Notes: generated by a model from the sequence alone, not told the origin. A stretch of 64,000 bases of DNA from Candidatus Buchananbacteria bacterium (GCA_041665065.1 JBAYJM010000002.1:19796-83795), one strand, 5' to 3'; positions 1 to 10,041 are shown, numbered from the stretch's first letter. A program made the numbers and translations.

Positions 1-101
1 TTCTTGCCTTTTTCATCCCATATAAAAGATCCTTCAGCTCTAGACATCCTAAAAAAGTTATATTTCTTGAGATTTCTGTATACAATACTGTTTTCAATCA
101 T
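1..101 (-). CDS. Class-III (PLP) aminotransferase, N-terminal fragment running off the window
   Basis: Manual translation from ATG at 101: MIENSIVYRNLKKYNFFRMSRAEGSFIWDEKGK..., matching the typical 'RAEG.xlwD.dG..YlD' start of class-III aminotransferases. Confidence 0.7.
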   Translation of the reverse strand, partial: MIENSIVYRNLKKYNFFRMSRAEGSFIWDEKGK

Positions 102-289
102 ACAATTAAATGGATATTATTTACTTTAATTTTACAAATAAAGTACATTTTATTCAATAGTCACCACTCCTTCTGTAATTCTAATCCTCGACTTAAAGCA
201 ACTCATTAATTCTCTTTTTCTTGATTACTCCCCTAATACAAAACATGCCTAATATAAGTTCTTAAATTCACTTCTTTTTGTTTTTCCAT

Positions 290-314
290 AAAGTGACGCA
301 TTGTGTGTCACTTT
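290..314. promoter_or_regulatory. Inverted repeat, possible operator
   Basis: AAAGTGACGCA-TTG-TGTGTCACTTT (10/11 matching arms) in the divergent intergenic region near a TrmB gene. Confidence 0.45.
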
Positions 315-437
315 TATTATTTTTTTAATTTTTTATTTAAATATTGCCAAAATATTTTAAAATGATTAATAAAATTTTGCGTCCAATAATAAAAAATTTA
401 ATAATGATAGGAAAGAAATAAATAATAACCAAACAAT

Positions 438-536
438 ATGCCATCAGCGAAAGGTAGTGCTGGCCTTACATTAAAAAAACCTGTAAAAATAAGAAAAGGC
501 AAAACCAAAAAAAGAAAAACAATAAAAACTAATTAG
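438..536 (+). CDS. 32-aa Lys-rich small protein (unannotated)
   Basis: MPSAKGSAGLTLKKPVKIRKGKTKKRKTIKTN*; its stop abuts the stop of the convergent TrmB gene. Confidence 0.5.
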   Translation: MPSAKGSAGLTLKKPVKIRKGKTKKRKTIKTN

Positions 537-1259
537 TTATTTGGCCCTGCTCCAAATAGCTTCAAACAAACAAGACAATGATTCCTTGATTGATTTATTT
601 TCTATGACAATACAAAGAGTTTCTCTTGGCAGAATCAACACACTCTTATTGGCATAAAGATAACAGGTGATATTAAAATTATTTAATAATTTAGTATAAC
701 GTATTTCTATAGGATGATCTTTTAATATAAAGTTTGATTTCTGAGTTAGGGGCAAAATGGTGCGGGAATAAATATTAAGCTGTTTTTTTCTAGACAGCAA
801 GGATTTCCAAAAATCAAAACCTAATTTCATTTCACTTTCCAAATCGCCTTCCATAATTAAAAGCTCGTTATTTGCATTATCAAGCTTTATTATGTCTTCG
901 ATAGTTAACTTTAAGCCATTAACAGTATCATAAACTTGAATACGGTTGCCAATTTTTTGCTTATCAAAGAATTGTCCCAGCTGAGGCATTACTGCCTCTA
1001 AAAAAGTCTTCTTCTCAATTATTTTTTCCAGTATTGTCTGTGGGTTTTTAGCAAAATATAATTTGCGCTTACCTTTAATATTTACACCAACCAAACCATT
1101 TTCTACCAATTTAGCAAGCAAATAAATAACTGTCGTCCTGTTTATAGCAGAATATTTAGAGACATCTTTAGCATGAAGAAGGCCATGCTCAAGCAGCGTC
1201 AGATAAATATTGGAATCTTTTTCTGGTAATCCCAATTTATTAACATAATTTTTTAACAT
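537..1259 (-). CDS. TrmB-family transcriptional regulator
   Basis: N-terminal wHTH 'LGLPEKDSNIYLTLLEHG...INRTTV...LVENGLV...GKRKLYFA', 240 aa. Confidence 0.85.
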   Translation of the reverse strand: MLKNYVNKLGLPEKDSNIYLTLLEHGLLHAKDVSKYSAINRTTVIYLLAKLVENGLVGVNIKGKRKLYFAKNPQTILEKIIEKKTFLEAVMPQLGQFFDKQKIGNRIQVYDTVNGLKLTIEDIIKLDNANNELLIMEGDLESEMKLGFDFWKSLLSRKKQLNIYSRTILPLTQKSNFILKDHPIEIRYTKLLNNFNITCYLYANKSVLILPRETLCIVIENKSIKESLSCLFEAIWSRAK

Positions 1260-1388
1260 AAGTCAAAAATATTACACTTAAACTAAAGTATTTATATAAA
1301 TTTACATATTTATTATATATAAATATGTAAAATATACCAATAAATTACATTTTACTCTTAAACCATAATTGTCGCAACCTTTAACAAA

Positions 1389-2312
1389 ATGCCAAATACA
1401 ATAAAAAAACCTCACATACTCTTAATAGCGATTAACGATAAGTGTAATTATAAATGTTTGCATTGCGATTGCTCGCCCCAGCATATATCTGGAAACAAAA
1501 AATTTTCAAAAAAACAATGGATTAAATTAATTAATGACTTTGCTGATTATGGTGGTAAAATTATTTCAATTATATATAAGGAACCATTACTAACAATTCA
1601 ATCACGAAAAAAAGTCGCAGCAATAATCATGACAGCCAAGAAAAAAGGATTACGGTGCGGATTTATAAATAATGGAAGTAAATTCAAAAATTTCATTCAA
1701 GAATGGCCGAATTTAAAAATCGATTTTGTTGATTTTTCAATTGAGGGGCTTAAAATAAATCAAGAACAAATCAGGATTAATTCTAGCTTTAAAAGCGTCG
1801 AGGAATCTATTTGTTTAGCAAATAAAAACAAAAATGTTAAGCAAATAAATCTTATTTTTACTATAAACAAATTAAATTACTCAGAAATAAAGCAATTTGT
1901 AAATTACTTTGCCAGACTTAATAAAATTAATTATATTTTTGATACTTGGATACCATACAAAAATAGTCCACCAAACTTTGGGATTAGCAAAGAAGTATAT
2001 TTGAAAAACATTTTTCCTGTTCTATCGAGTTTAGGAAAAAAATATCCCAATCGTATAATTCTGGACTTTTTTTCTAGCTCATTTAGAAACAATGGCCTCT
2101 TTAAAAACATCCAAAAGAATGGGAAGAAAATCAAATTAAATACCCGAGACTATTTAATTAAATATAAAAATTTTTTTATTCGCTATGAAAATCCCCTGCT
2201 TCTTTTTCAAGAAGCAATAATTATTTCCCCCCAAGGAAAAATAATCAGAAGAGAAGCTTTGAATAAATTTAATTATCTACAAGATAATTTTGGTTATTTC
2301 AAAAACAAATAA
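1389..2312 (+). CDS. Radical SAM protein
   Basis: CxxxCxxC motif CNYKCLHC near N-terminus; EPLL, NNG and SIEG motifs; no Cys-rich SPASM tail. Confidence 0.85.
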   Translation: MPNTIKKPHILLIAINDKCNYKCLHCDCSPQHISGNKKFSKKQWIKLINDFADYGGKIISIIYKEPLLTIQSRKKVAAIIMTAKKKGLRCGFINNGSKFKNFIQEWPNLKIDFVDFSIEGLKINQEQIRINSSFKSVEESICLANKNKNVKQINLIFTINKLNYSEIKQFVNYFARLNKINYIFDTWIPYKNSPPNFGISKEVYLKNIFPVLSSLGKKYPNRIILDFFSSSFRNNGLFKNIQKNGKKIKLNTRDYLIKYKNFFIRYENPLLLFQEAIIISPQGKIIRREALNKFNYLQDNFGYFKNK

Positions 2313-2574
2313 GCAAGATTAGCCACTGAAAGATTTTTCAGTCCATAAATATCAACTTTCCAAAAGCCATAAATCGCCACTTAAATAATAGTTTTCTACC
2401 AACAATTTGCCGACAAAGGAAAACTCTGTTAAAATTCAGACATTGGAATATTACTCTTGTCCTGCCCTTGGGACGCCAAAAAGAGTCCAAACTAACTGAA
2501 AAACAAGGGCCCCAAATTATCCAAAAAATAAAGGCCGATTGGATAATATAACTCAATTTTTTATCACACTTCTT

Positions 2575-2763
2575 ATGGATCAAAACAAAGACGACAAACT
2601 TAGTCTAACCGCGGATGAAAGATATTGGTTAGAACGAAGACCTCGAAGATGGAAATGGGATGAGTGGGGCTCTCCAATTGGATTAAGCCTTGGCTGGGCA
2701 ATATTTATTGTCTCAACGGGTTTATTTCTCTATCTTCTGCGATTGACAGGACTCCTGGGCTAA
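2575..2763 (+). CDS. Small membrane protein
   Basis: ATG at 2575; C-terminal hydrophobic helix; followed by a terminator. Confidence 0.6.
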   Translation: MDQNKDDKLSLTADERYWLERRPRRWKWDEWGSPIGLSLGWAIFIVSTGLFLYLLRLTGLLG

Positions 2764-2770
2764 TGAATCA

Positions 2771-2800
2771 TAAAATCGGCTTTTACAAAAGCCGATTTTA
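2771..2800. terminator. Intrinsic terminator (bidirectional-type)
   Basis: TAAAATCGGCTTTT-AC-AAAAGCCGATTTTA perfect hairpin. Confidence 0.7.
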
Positions 2801-2852
2801 GTTTTTAAATTTCAAAATTAATACAAAGGGGCTGATTTAATTTAATTTTTAT

Positions 2853-3416
2853 ATGAAAATTCTAATTATTGATAATGGTACAAAACATTTGGCTAAGCTA
2901 AAAAAATTGCTTGTCGATTTACCGTTCAAGGTTGTAAATTATTCTGAGATTGATGTTGCTCATGCTAAAAATTTTGACGTCATTATTCTTTCTGGAGGCC
3001 ATAATTTTCCTGTTTGTGGAAATGAAGGGTTGCTAAAAAAAGAAATTAATTTGATAAAAACATCAAAAGCCAAAATTTTTGGAATTTGTTTTGGATTTGA
3101 ATTAATAGCTTACGCGTTTGGCGCAAAATTAAAACCTCTAAAAAATAAGGAGCACGGAATTATTGACATTAAAATAGTGAAACCCGATGAAATATTTTCA
3201 GAGATAGATAATTTTCAAGTATATGAAGGCCATCGCTGGGTTATTAAAAAAGCAGATGGCGACTTAACGGCTCTTGCCAAATCAAAAGATGGGATTGAGG
3301 CCATAAAACACAAAAAACGACCAATTTATGCAGTACAGTTTCATCCTGAAATGTTTGTCAATAAAACCTGTGGAGATGAGATTTTTCATAATTTTTTAAA
3401 ATTGATGAAAAATTAA
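2853..3416 (+). CDS. Class I glutamine amidotransferase (stand-alone)
   Basis: IIDNG, LSGG, GICFG (catalytic Cys) and QFHPE (His-Glu) motifs. Confidence 0.9.
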   Translation: MKILIIDNGTKHLAKLKKLLVDLPFKVVNYSEIDVAHAKNFDVIILSGGHNFPVCGNEGLLKKEINLIKTSKAKIFGICFGFELIAYAFGAKLKPLKNKEHGIIDIKIVKPDEIFSEIDNFQVYEGHRWVIKKADGDLTALAKSKDGIEAIKHKKRPIYAVQFHPEMFVNKTCGDEIFHNFLKLMKN

Positions 3417-3511
3417 TTTTTTGAATCAAATATATAACTTTAGTACAATATACCAATATTATTAATTGCCACTCTTCAAAAGGCCCCTTGTAATTGCCAA
3501 ATAATTGATGT

Positions 3512-4243
3512 CTACGGTAATGGCAATTTGCTATATAGCTGCTGAAAAATGACTTTTTGAAAATTTGCCAACATCTTATTTTCGATAATCAGCACTCTTT
3601 CGGTATTTAAATCAATAAATGATATCCTGTCGCCATACACCAATTGAATAATATTTTGATCAAACAGATAAGATTCAGGCGAGATAAATTTGACGAACCG
3701 CTCAAGGCGCGGTTTTTTTCTTTTGCCGGAAATAGGATTACTTATCACCATCCTTTCCAACTTTTTCCGGTCACGCAGGGCTCTGTAATTTTTGGAAAGG
3801 TAGCGATTGACAGCATCAAGATCCTTTTCCGAGGTATAACGATAAAAAGTAGAACCGTGCGGACAATGTTTAATAACATCATCAAATGCAGCCCGAATTC
3901 CCTCAAACCCGTTTAAAAAACGGATTTCTCTTTGCAGATATTTATCATCGGCAATTGATTTGGCCGCTATCGCCGCTGATACGTTATCTGATGTTTCAGA
4001 AAATTCTGCAGCAATTAATGTTGGGTTGGCTGCGTGATAAAATTTGCGCTGGCCCTTTATTTCTATAAAAATAAATGAGTGCTTTATAAGAGCGCTGAGA
4101 GCACGGTAAACAGCCGGCCGGTGCAGATCCACCCGTTTGCAAATATCTGTAGCCGACATCGCCCCTTGGCGTTGCAGAATTTGATATACGATATCGGCGT
4201 GCTTTGGCAAATCAAGACGCTTGAATATTTCTTTTATCCTCAT
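3512..4243 (-). CDS. TrmB-family transcriptional regulator
   Basis: wHTH 'VYQILQRQGAMSATDI...LHRPAVYRALSAL'; ATG at 4243 preferred over the upstream alternative start at 4282. Confidence 0.85.
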   Translation of the reverse strand: MRIKEIFKRLDLPKHADIVYQILQRQGAMSATDICKRVDLHRPAVYRALSALIKHSFIFIEIKGQRKFYHAANPTLIAAEFSETSDNVSAAIAAKSIADDKYLQREIRFLNGFEGIRAAFDDVIKHCPHGSTFYRYTSEKDLDAVNRYLSKNYRALRDRKKLERMVISNPISGKRKKPRLERFVKFISPESYLFDQNIIQLVYGDRISFIDLNTERVLIIENKMLANFQKVIFQQLYSKLPLP

Positions 4244-4369
4244 ATTATTTATAATTGTACTTTTTTTGATACATTTAGTCAAGATTTTCTGCAGAAATTA
4301 CAAAATCAAGATAGACTATCAATGTAGTCAGTTCATTGAAAAATCAACTCAGAAAGAAAGGGGGCCAGC

Positions 4370-4681
4370 ATGGATAAGAAAGTCGCTCCAATCAAGCCTA
4401 GTGATGTTGCAAAACAAAAACAGGCGAGCTTTCCGAACGAAGTGCTGGAAGCGTTCAACCAGCTAATCGCGGAAAAATTCAACAACGGTTACGCAACCAT
4501 TCGCCAGGATGACGTGGTTGCAATACTGGTGGCAAAAGGTCTAAATAGACCAGAAATATTTAAGAAAGGATGGTTGGATGTAGAGGGCATATACAGAAAG
4601 GCTGGATGGAAAGTGGCCTACGACAAACCCGCCTACAACGAATCCTATCCCGCAACCTTTACTTTCTCAAAAAGGAGTTGA
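4370..4681 (+). CDS. Hypothetical protein (103 aa)
   Basis: ORF with G-rich RBS (AAAGGGGGG) and protein-like composition. Confidence 0.7.
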   Translation: MDKKVAPIKPSDVAKQKQASFPNEVLEAFNQLIAEKFNNGYATIRQDDVVAILVAKGLNRPEIFKKGWLDVEGIYRKAGWKVAYDKPAYNESYPATFTFSKRS

Positions 4682-4827
4682 TCTTAGTTTGTACGTTCGT
4701 CTGTCGATTCAGCCGCTCGGAGAATATCCAAGCGGCTTTTCAACCATCATGCTATCATGCTAAATTTGATAACTTAAATAGACTCTAACAAATCCGTAAT
4801 TCTAAAAAACACCCACGGAAGGTCGTT

Positions 4828-4911
4828 TTATTTATTTTTATCTTCCCTAGCCCCCATTATTATCGCTCCCACCACCAAAAGAATAATGACTATAATTCCA
4901 ATTGCTATCAT
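4828..4911 (-). CDS. 27-aa single-TM micro-protein
   Basis: MIAIGIIVIILLVVGAIIMGAREDKNK*; starts 7 nt after the stop of the RibD-like gene. Confidence 0.45.
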   Translation of the reverse strand: MIAIGIIVIILLVVGAIIMGAREDKNK

Positions 4912-4918
4912 AATATTT

Positions 4919-5607
4919 TTAATTTAAAACCTTATACTTTAAGTTAATATAAGATGATTTTAATTTTTTAACACTAACAAGCTTTAACGCCCTTACCTTA
5001 TTAATTTCTTTGACTGATTTCAGCGACTCGCCATCAATTAACGTGCTAGTATCTTTTCCTCCAATTAACAACGGTGCTATAACAATTGAAATCTTATCAA
5101 TTAATCCTTCGCGCAAAAATTCAGAATTCAAGGTTCCTCCTGATTGTATAGTCATTCTTTTAACGCTATGCTTTTCCTTTAAGTCCTTAAATAATTTTTT
5201 AAAATCCACCTTATCTTTGAAATAAATTATTTCTAAATTCTTTTCATCCTTTCTGGCAAATGCTGGATGATTTTTATTTGTAGTAACCAAGAAAAACTTA
5301 GCGCTTTTTTGATCATATTATCAATCCCCTTTGCATTTAGATGCGGTTTATTATCAATAATAACAAATTTAACAACTGTCTTAGAAACATTTTTCCATTT
5401 GTTTACTCCCACCTTTGCAAATGTCCTGCCACTATTTAAAGAATAAAAATCTGTCAGCTTTTCAAGTTGATAATATTGCGACAATCCTTCTTTTACTCCT
5501 TTAATTTTTGGAAAATCCTTATCAGCATCCAAGCTGTCATTATCGCCTAATGATATTTTTCCATCAACCGACATTAACATAAATAAGGTAGAAATTGGTT
5601 TTTGCAT
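4919..5607 (-). pseudogene. RibD C-terminal/DHFR-fold reductase split by a 1-nt frameshift
   Basis: 5' ORF has MSVDGKI; 3' ORF has QSGGTLNSEFLREGLIDKI...APLLIGG; the two frames join at ~5290-5310. Confidence 0.8.
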
Positions 5608-5752
5608 AGTATTATTGGTTGTTTATAGATGCATTATACCATTAAATTTAGCATATAATAATACCCGCATTTTTTAAGGGGACACAATAACAACTTCCCA
5701 GGGCATCTCCTAAAAATCGCCTAGCTGGCGATTTTTTGATATTATAATATAT

Positions 5753-6583
5753 ATGAATAAAAAACTTCCCCAAAATCATACCGGACTAGAGATGTATTTT
5801 TTGCCAAAAATTGCCAAGAAATACGCCGAACTGGAACAAAATGATAAAAATTTTCGGTTAGCTGAGATTGTTGACCGAACGATTATGCAAGAAATTAACG
5901 GATTGCCTGACCCGATTTATGCCGCCGAATTGGGCGGTGGCGCTCATCCCGACAGATACCATAAATTTTTCAAAAAATTGCTCACACAGCCGAAAGGCCA
6001 TATTGATTGGGTGGATATTGCACCTCAAATGCTTAAGTTGGCAAAACAATACATTTCTAATGAAAAATATAAAAATAGAGAAGAGGTCATATCATTTATT
6101 GAAAGCGAAATGTTAGGATATTTAAAGAGTCTTAAAAATGAAAGGCTTGATCTGGCGATAATGAAATACACTTTTGATTTTATAAAAAATCTTGACAAAC
6201 TATTTAAGCTACTCGCCAAAAAATTAAAAAAGGGCGGTAAATTAATTGCCACAATCGGTAACCTAAGTCCGGAGCTAAAAAGCTATTCCACAAATGCACG
6301 ATTTTTATATAATGGAAAACAATTTCCGGACAATGAGACCCGGACACTAAAAGATGGCGATAATTTTACAATCAAATTTTTCAAAGTATCAGGAGACCCA
6401 AATTCCGGCTACATTGAAGGGGCTGAAACTGTAAAATTTTTCTACTCTGCTAAAAAAATCAAAAGACTCAGTAAATTTTATAATTTTGATATTTTTCTTG
6501 GAGACTGGAAAGAATTTGTTAAGAGCGATGCACAAGACAAAGAGTCTATGGATCAAGGTATTCTTGTCTTAACTAAAAAATAA
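5753..6583 (+). CDS. Class I SAM-dependent methyltransferase
   Basis: ELGGG motif I, VDIAPQML, LKKGGKL. Confidence 0.8.
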   Translation: MNKKLPQNHTGLEMYFLPKIAKKYAELEQNDKNFRLAEIVDRTIMQEINGLPDPIYAAELGGGAHPDRYHKFFKKLLTQPKGHIDWVDIAPQMLKLAKQYISNEKYKNREEVISFIESEMLGYLKSLKNERLDLAIMKYTFDFIKNLDKLFKLLAKKLKKGGKLIATIGNLSPELKSYSTNARFLYNGKQFPDNETRTLKDGDNFTIKFFKVSGDPNSGYIEGAETVKFFYSAKKIKRLSKFYNFDIFLGDWKEFVKSDAQDKESMDQGILVLTKK

Positions 6584-6760
6584 TCAACTTGTGGTTTATT
6601 GATAGAATTAAGGCATGGTTAAAAAAGATTTGATAAAAAGCGGCATAAGTTTTTTACCGACGGCAACGCCTATATTACTAAGTTAAAATAATAATTTTTG
6701 TAAATAAAAAAATGGCCCGTAAGGTGGAACCGTACCTGTCTGAATTGCCTCGCTGAGCAA

Positions 6761-7003
6761 TCAGACTGTTGGGATCTGCTGGCACCATTTGTAGGCCATG
6801 ACCACGGCCGTTACTAATGCCACGGCCGCGAAGGCATAGCCGAAGCTGAGTGCAGGCGCACACACACAGTAGCCCAGAACCAAGAAGGCTACAGATGCAA
6901 CCGCCGCAACAATAATGGTGCTAAAGCTCCACCTATTTCCGACGATTATGTTGGCCAAAATGACCACCGCAACAGCGATGGCAACTAATGAGTCTATACT
7001 CAA
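6761..7003 (-). CDS. Small 3-TM membrane protein
   Basis: TTG start with GGGAGAAG RBS; hydrophobic; directly downstream of the 7028-8308 gene. Confidence 0.6.
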   Translation of the reverse strand: MSIDSLVAIAVAVVILANIIVGNRWSFSTIIVAAVASVAFLVLGYCVCAPALSFGYAFAAVALVTAVVMAYKWCQQIPTV

Positions 7004-7027
7004 TTATCTTCTCCCGCCGTCTCTACC

Positions 7028-8308
7028 CTAAAGATTCCCCAAGACATCCCTGGTTATTTTCACAAACCGTCTCACATCCGCCATGCCATTAGCATAGCCA
7101 AATGAGGCACGGATTGCTCCAGGTTGACCCATCAACTGCATTATCTCTTCGTGCGACAGACCTCCTTTCCGATATAGCCGCTTATATTCGTCCGGATCAT
7201 AACCAAAAATCTGTTCGCCTACGCCTGGGTTACAGAAACACCCCGAGCGAACGTAAAGCCCTTGCTCATTGGCCAGCCTTTCGAACGTTGAGGAGTCAAG
7301 GAACTCGCCCCTCCGCCGTACACTGAAAGCAACAATATCCGTGCCACGGGGACTGTGTATCACTATGGAGCTTCCGTTGTACCCCATAGTACTTAACTCG
7401 TCGTAGAGAGCAGTCGCCAAAGAGACGGCGTGTCCCTTAGCATCGCCAAGACTCTCCATAAAACCAAGCCCCGCCTTAACCGCGGGTATCATGCCGAAGT
7501 CGACCGTTCCATCCTCGAATTTGGCAGAGCCAGATTCATGAACGAAAAAGTCGTTCCCCACGCCCACAAACCGTATCGACCCGCCGGCAAACCATTTCTT
7601 CTCCAGCCGTGGATAAGCCTCTTTGCGGATCAACAGACATCCCACTCCGGTTGGAAATCCAAACATCTTGTAAAACGAGATCGGCAGGAAATCAGGCTTA
7701 ACCACGCTAAGGTCAAGCCGTTGGTTTGAGCAGTACGATGCGGCGTCCAAAAGGACGCTCCATCCATTTGCCTGAGCCAAAGACACCCAACCGAGATTGT
7801 GCTGGATCCCGGTAAAGTTGGACTTGGCCGGATAGGCAAATAGCCTCGGGCCAGTCAGCTTGGCAGCCAACATTCGCCTAAGACTTTTCTCATTTACCGT
7901 GAGATCCTCATTTAGGGGTACATATTGCGTAGATGCCCCGCTATATCTTGCAACCTCACGTACGCCATTGACCGAATTATGGTTATCGGCCGTTGCCAGG
8001 AAATGTCCTCCCATAAAGTCAAAATGCCTAAGAACCCCAATCGCGCCTGTTGCATTGGGCGTAAATACCACACCATATTCGTCGGGCGAAGCATTGAAAT
8101 ATGCGAGCACAGCTGCCCGTGTTTCCATAATCTCCGCCGTCGCCCTAGCTGAGAGCTCATGCAAAGAGTGTGGATTACCCAAAGAAGTGCACTTCAAATA
8201 TTGACAATGCACATCAATGAGAAATGCGGGAGGTAATGCGGCTCCTGTCCAATCCGCATAAATCTCCCTTGGGAGTATCTGCGGAAACTGCCCTTTTAAG
8301 CTCCTCAA
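7028..8308 (-). CDS. PLP-dependent class V enzyme, molybdenum-cofactor-sulfurase (MOCOS/ABA3 NifS-like domain) type
   Basis: YADWTGA, GNPHS, FTPNAT, DNHNS, AYPAKSNFTG, SFYKMFGFPTG (PLP Lys), RSGCFCNPG (persulfide Cys). Confidence 0.85.
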   Translation of the reverse strand: MRSLKGQFPQILPREIYADWTGAALPPAFLIDVHCQYLKCTSLGNPHSLHELSARATAEIMETRAAVLAYFNASPDEYGVVFTPNATGAIGVLRHFDFMGGHFLATADNHNSVNGVREVARYSGASTQYVPLNEDLTVNEKSLRRMLAAKLTGPRLFAYPAKSNFTGIQHNLGWVSLAQANGWSVLLDAASYCSNQRLDLSVVKPDFLPISFYKMFGFPTGVGCLLIRKEAYPRLEKKWFAGGSIRFVGVGNDFFVHESGSAKFEDGTVDFGMIPAVKAGLGFMESLGDAKGHAVSLATALYDELSTMGYNGSSIVIHSPRGTDIVAFSVRRRGEFLDSSTFERLANEQGLYVRSGCFCNPGVGEQIFGYDPDEYKRLYRKGGLSHEEIMQLMGQPGAIRASFGYANGMADVRRFVKITRDVLGNL

Positions 8309-8400
8309 GTCTCAATCCCTCCAGCACCAAACTAAATTGTCAAAGAAATCCGCAATCCCATCAGAGATTGCGGCCATACTTCTATACAAGAAGATATAAA

Positions 8401-8429
8401 ATAATAGCATATTTGTAAGATTGTGTCAA
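8401..8429 (-). promoter_or_regulatory. Sigma70 promoter for the 8308 gene
   Basis: Minus strand TTGACA-17-TATTAT with extended -10 TG. Confidence 0.55.
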
Positions 8430-8634
8430 TATAGCGATTATTGACTAACTCACCGTTTTGTGGTAAGCTTAACTTGCCTCTTATTTATTGCGGTTTTCCC
8501 AAGCTGTCTTATATAAGGGTTCTGTGGGGCGTTGATTTATCAACGGGGGCCACGGAGTGTAGTAAGTATAGAAATATAGTCGAATTTCTGTTTGCTATTC
8601 GAAGAGTTTAATTCACTTTATTTCTACAATTATT

Positions 8635-8835
8635 ATGCAAGGAACTATCAAAAAATTGGTTACTGATAAATACTTCGGTTTTATCAGCCAAGAAGGCAGC
8701 GATAAGGACGTGTTCTTCCACAAAGACAAGCTTGAAGGAGTTACTTTTGAAGAACTTAAAGAAGGCGATATTTTATCTTTTGAAGTTGAACAAGGCCAAA
8801 GAGGTCCATCAGCTATCAACATAAAAAGAGTCTAA
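8635..8835 (+). CDS. Cold-shock protein
   Basis: KYFGFI (RNP1), DVFFH (RNP2), GQRGPSA; long 5' leader; terminator at ~8855-8886. Confidence 0.95.
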   Translation: MQGTIKKLVTDKYFGFISQEGSDKDVFFHKDKLEGVTFEELKEGDILSFEVEQGQRGPSAINIKRV

Positions 8836-8930
8836 CTTTATCTAAAGTCTTTTCAAAAAAAATCGCCGAACCGGCGATTTTTTTTGAAGCTTAGCACCGA
8901 CTGAATCAAGGCTCTTAACAAAAAAATATT

Positions 8931-9101
8931 ATGAAAAGAAAAAAATTTGTGACAGGCCAATCAAGATATTGCCAAAACTGCGGCGCAGAATCAATCAAGC
9001 TATATAAGGTTACACCGGAAAGCCAAAAATCTTCTCACCTGCAGTATTGCCAAAAATGTTATGATAAACATAATGCTAAAATAGCAGTGCCTACGAATTA
9101 A
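8931..9101 (+). CDS. 56-aa zinc-finger-like micro-protein (unannotated)
   Basis: MKRKKFVTGQSRYCQNCGAESIKLYKVTPESQKSSHLQYCQKCYDKHNAKIAVPTN*: two CxxC pairs; terminator follows at ~9115-9148. Confidence 0.6.
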   Translation: MKRKKFVTGQSRYCQNCGAESIKLYKVTPESQKSSHLQYCQKCYDKHNAKIAVPTN

Positions 9102-9247
9102 AAATGAACTGCAAAAAAATACCCAACTCAGTTGGGGTATTTTTTTTTGGCCCTTTTTTAATAAGATAAATTTTAAAGTATATTAAACAACCATTTGCAC
9201 ATAAAGATTTTTTTATATATATTTAATTAATAATCTTAAAACTATCT

Positions 9248-9853
9248 ATGAGCTTTGAAGTAACACATATTCACTTTGCTGTTGATCTAAAAGAGCATTA
9301 TCAAATCAAAGACATTAAATCTTATATCCTGGGTTCCATTTATCCCGATAGTCGGTATATAACAAAAGTTGACCGAGAACTAGCCCATAGCAAAGAATCA
9401 CTGTCAGACAGTTTTATTGACTCTGATTTTAAAAAAGGCTGGCAAGCGCATTGCGTCTGTGATTCTATATACGACCGATTGGAAACAGAACTATTTGGTG
9501 AATTTGATGATGCAATTCTTCGCAACGCGATAAAAATTGTAGCCGATATCTATGACAGGCAAAGCTTCAATGTTCAGAAATAACTTCCCTATCTTAACTC
9601 AGCACAAAATCCCCTCGGCGAAGATATTAATAAAGTTAAAGAATTCAATCTGCTGATAAAAAGAATATATGATAGCAAAACAGTTTGTACCATGGATGAT
9701 TATAGAGATCTCTTTAAGGGACTGGGAATAGATGACATTAACGGCGAAAAAATTATAACAAAAGCCGAAGAGCTTTTGGCGAATAAAGAAGTGGCACCAA
9801 AATTTGAATCTTTGTATAGCCGCATCATAGACAGTTGGAAAAATTTCATTTAA
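9248..9853 (+). pseudogene. Zn-dependent phospholipase C/P1-nuclease-like protein with an in-frame TAA at 9581
   Basis: THIHFA, LGSIYPD and GWQAHCVCD motifs; the frame stays open for 89 more codons after the TAA, to 9853. Confidence 0.65.
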
Positions 9854-10041
9854 AAATCCATCACCCTATTATACTCAGATAATAAATCCAATATTTACAA
9901 CAATAAAAACATCCGCCGAGGCGGATGTTTTTATGTAAGTCAAACAAACCTTTTATCCAATTTGACTTGAAATTTAAATGATTTTCCATTATAATTTGGA
10001 AAGGTGATTTTCAAACGGAAGCCACAACAACGGGGGGCAGT

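Noticed and set aside
2313-2574. Start-less open frame after the radical SAM gene (possible decayed C-terminal extension)
   Set aside because: Joining it would need both a frameshift and a stop read-through, and it has no recognisable motif.
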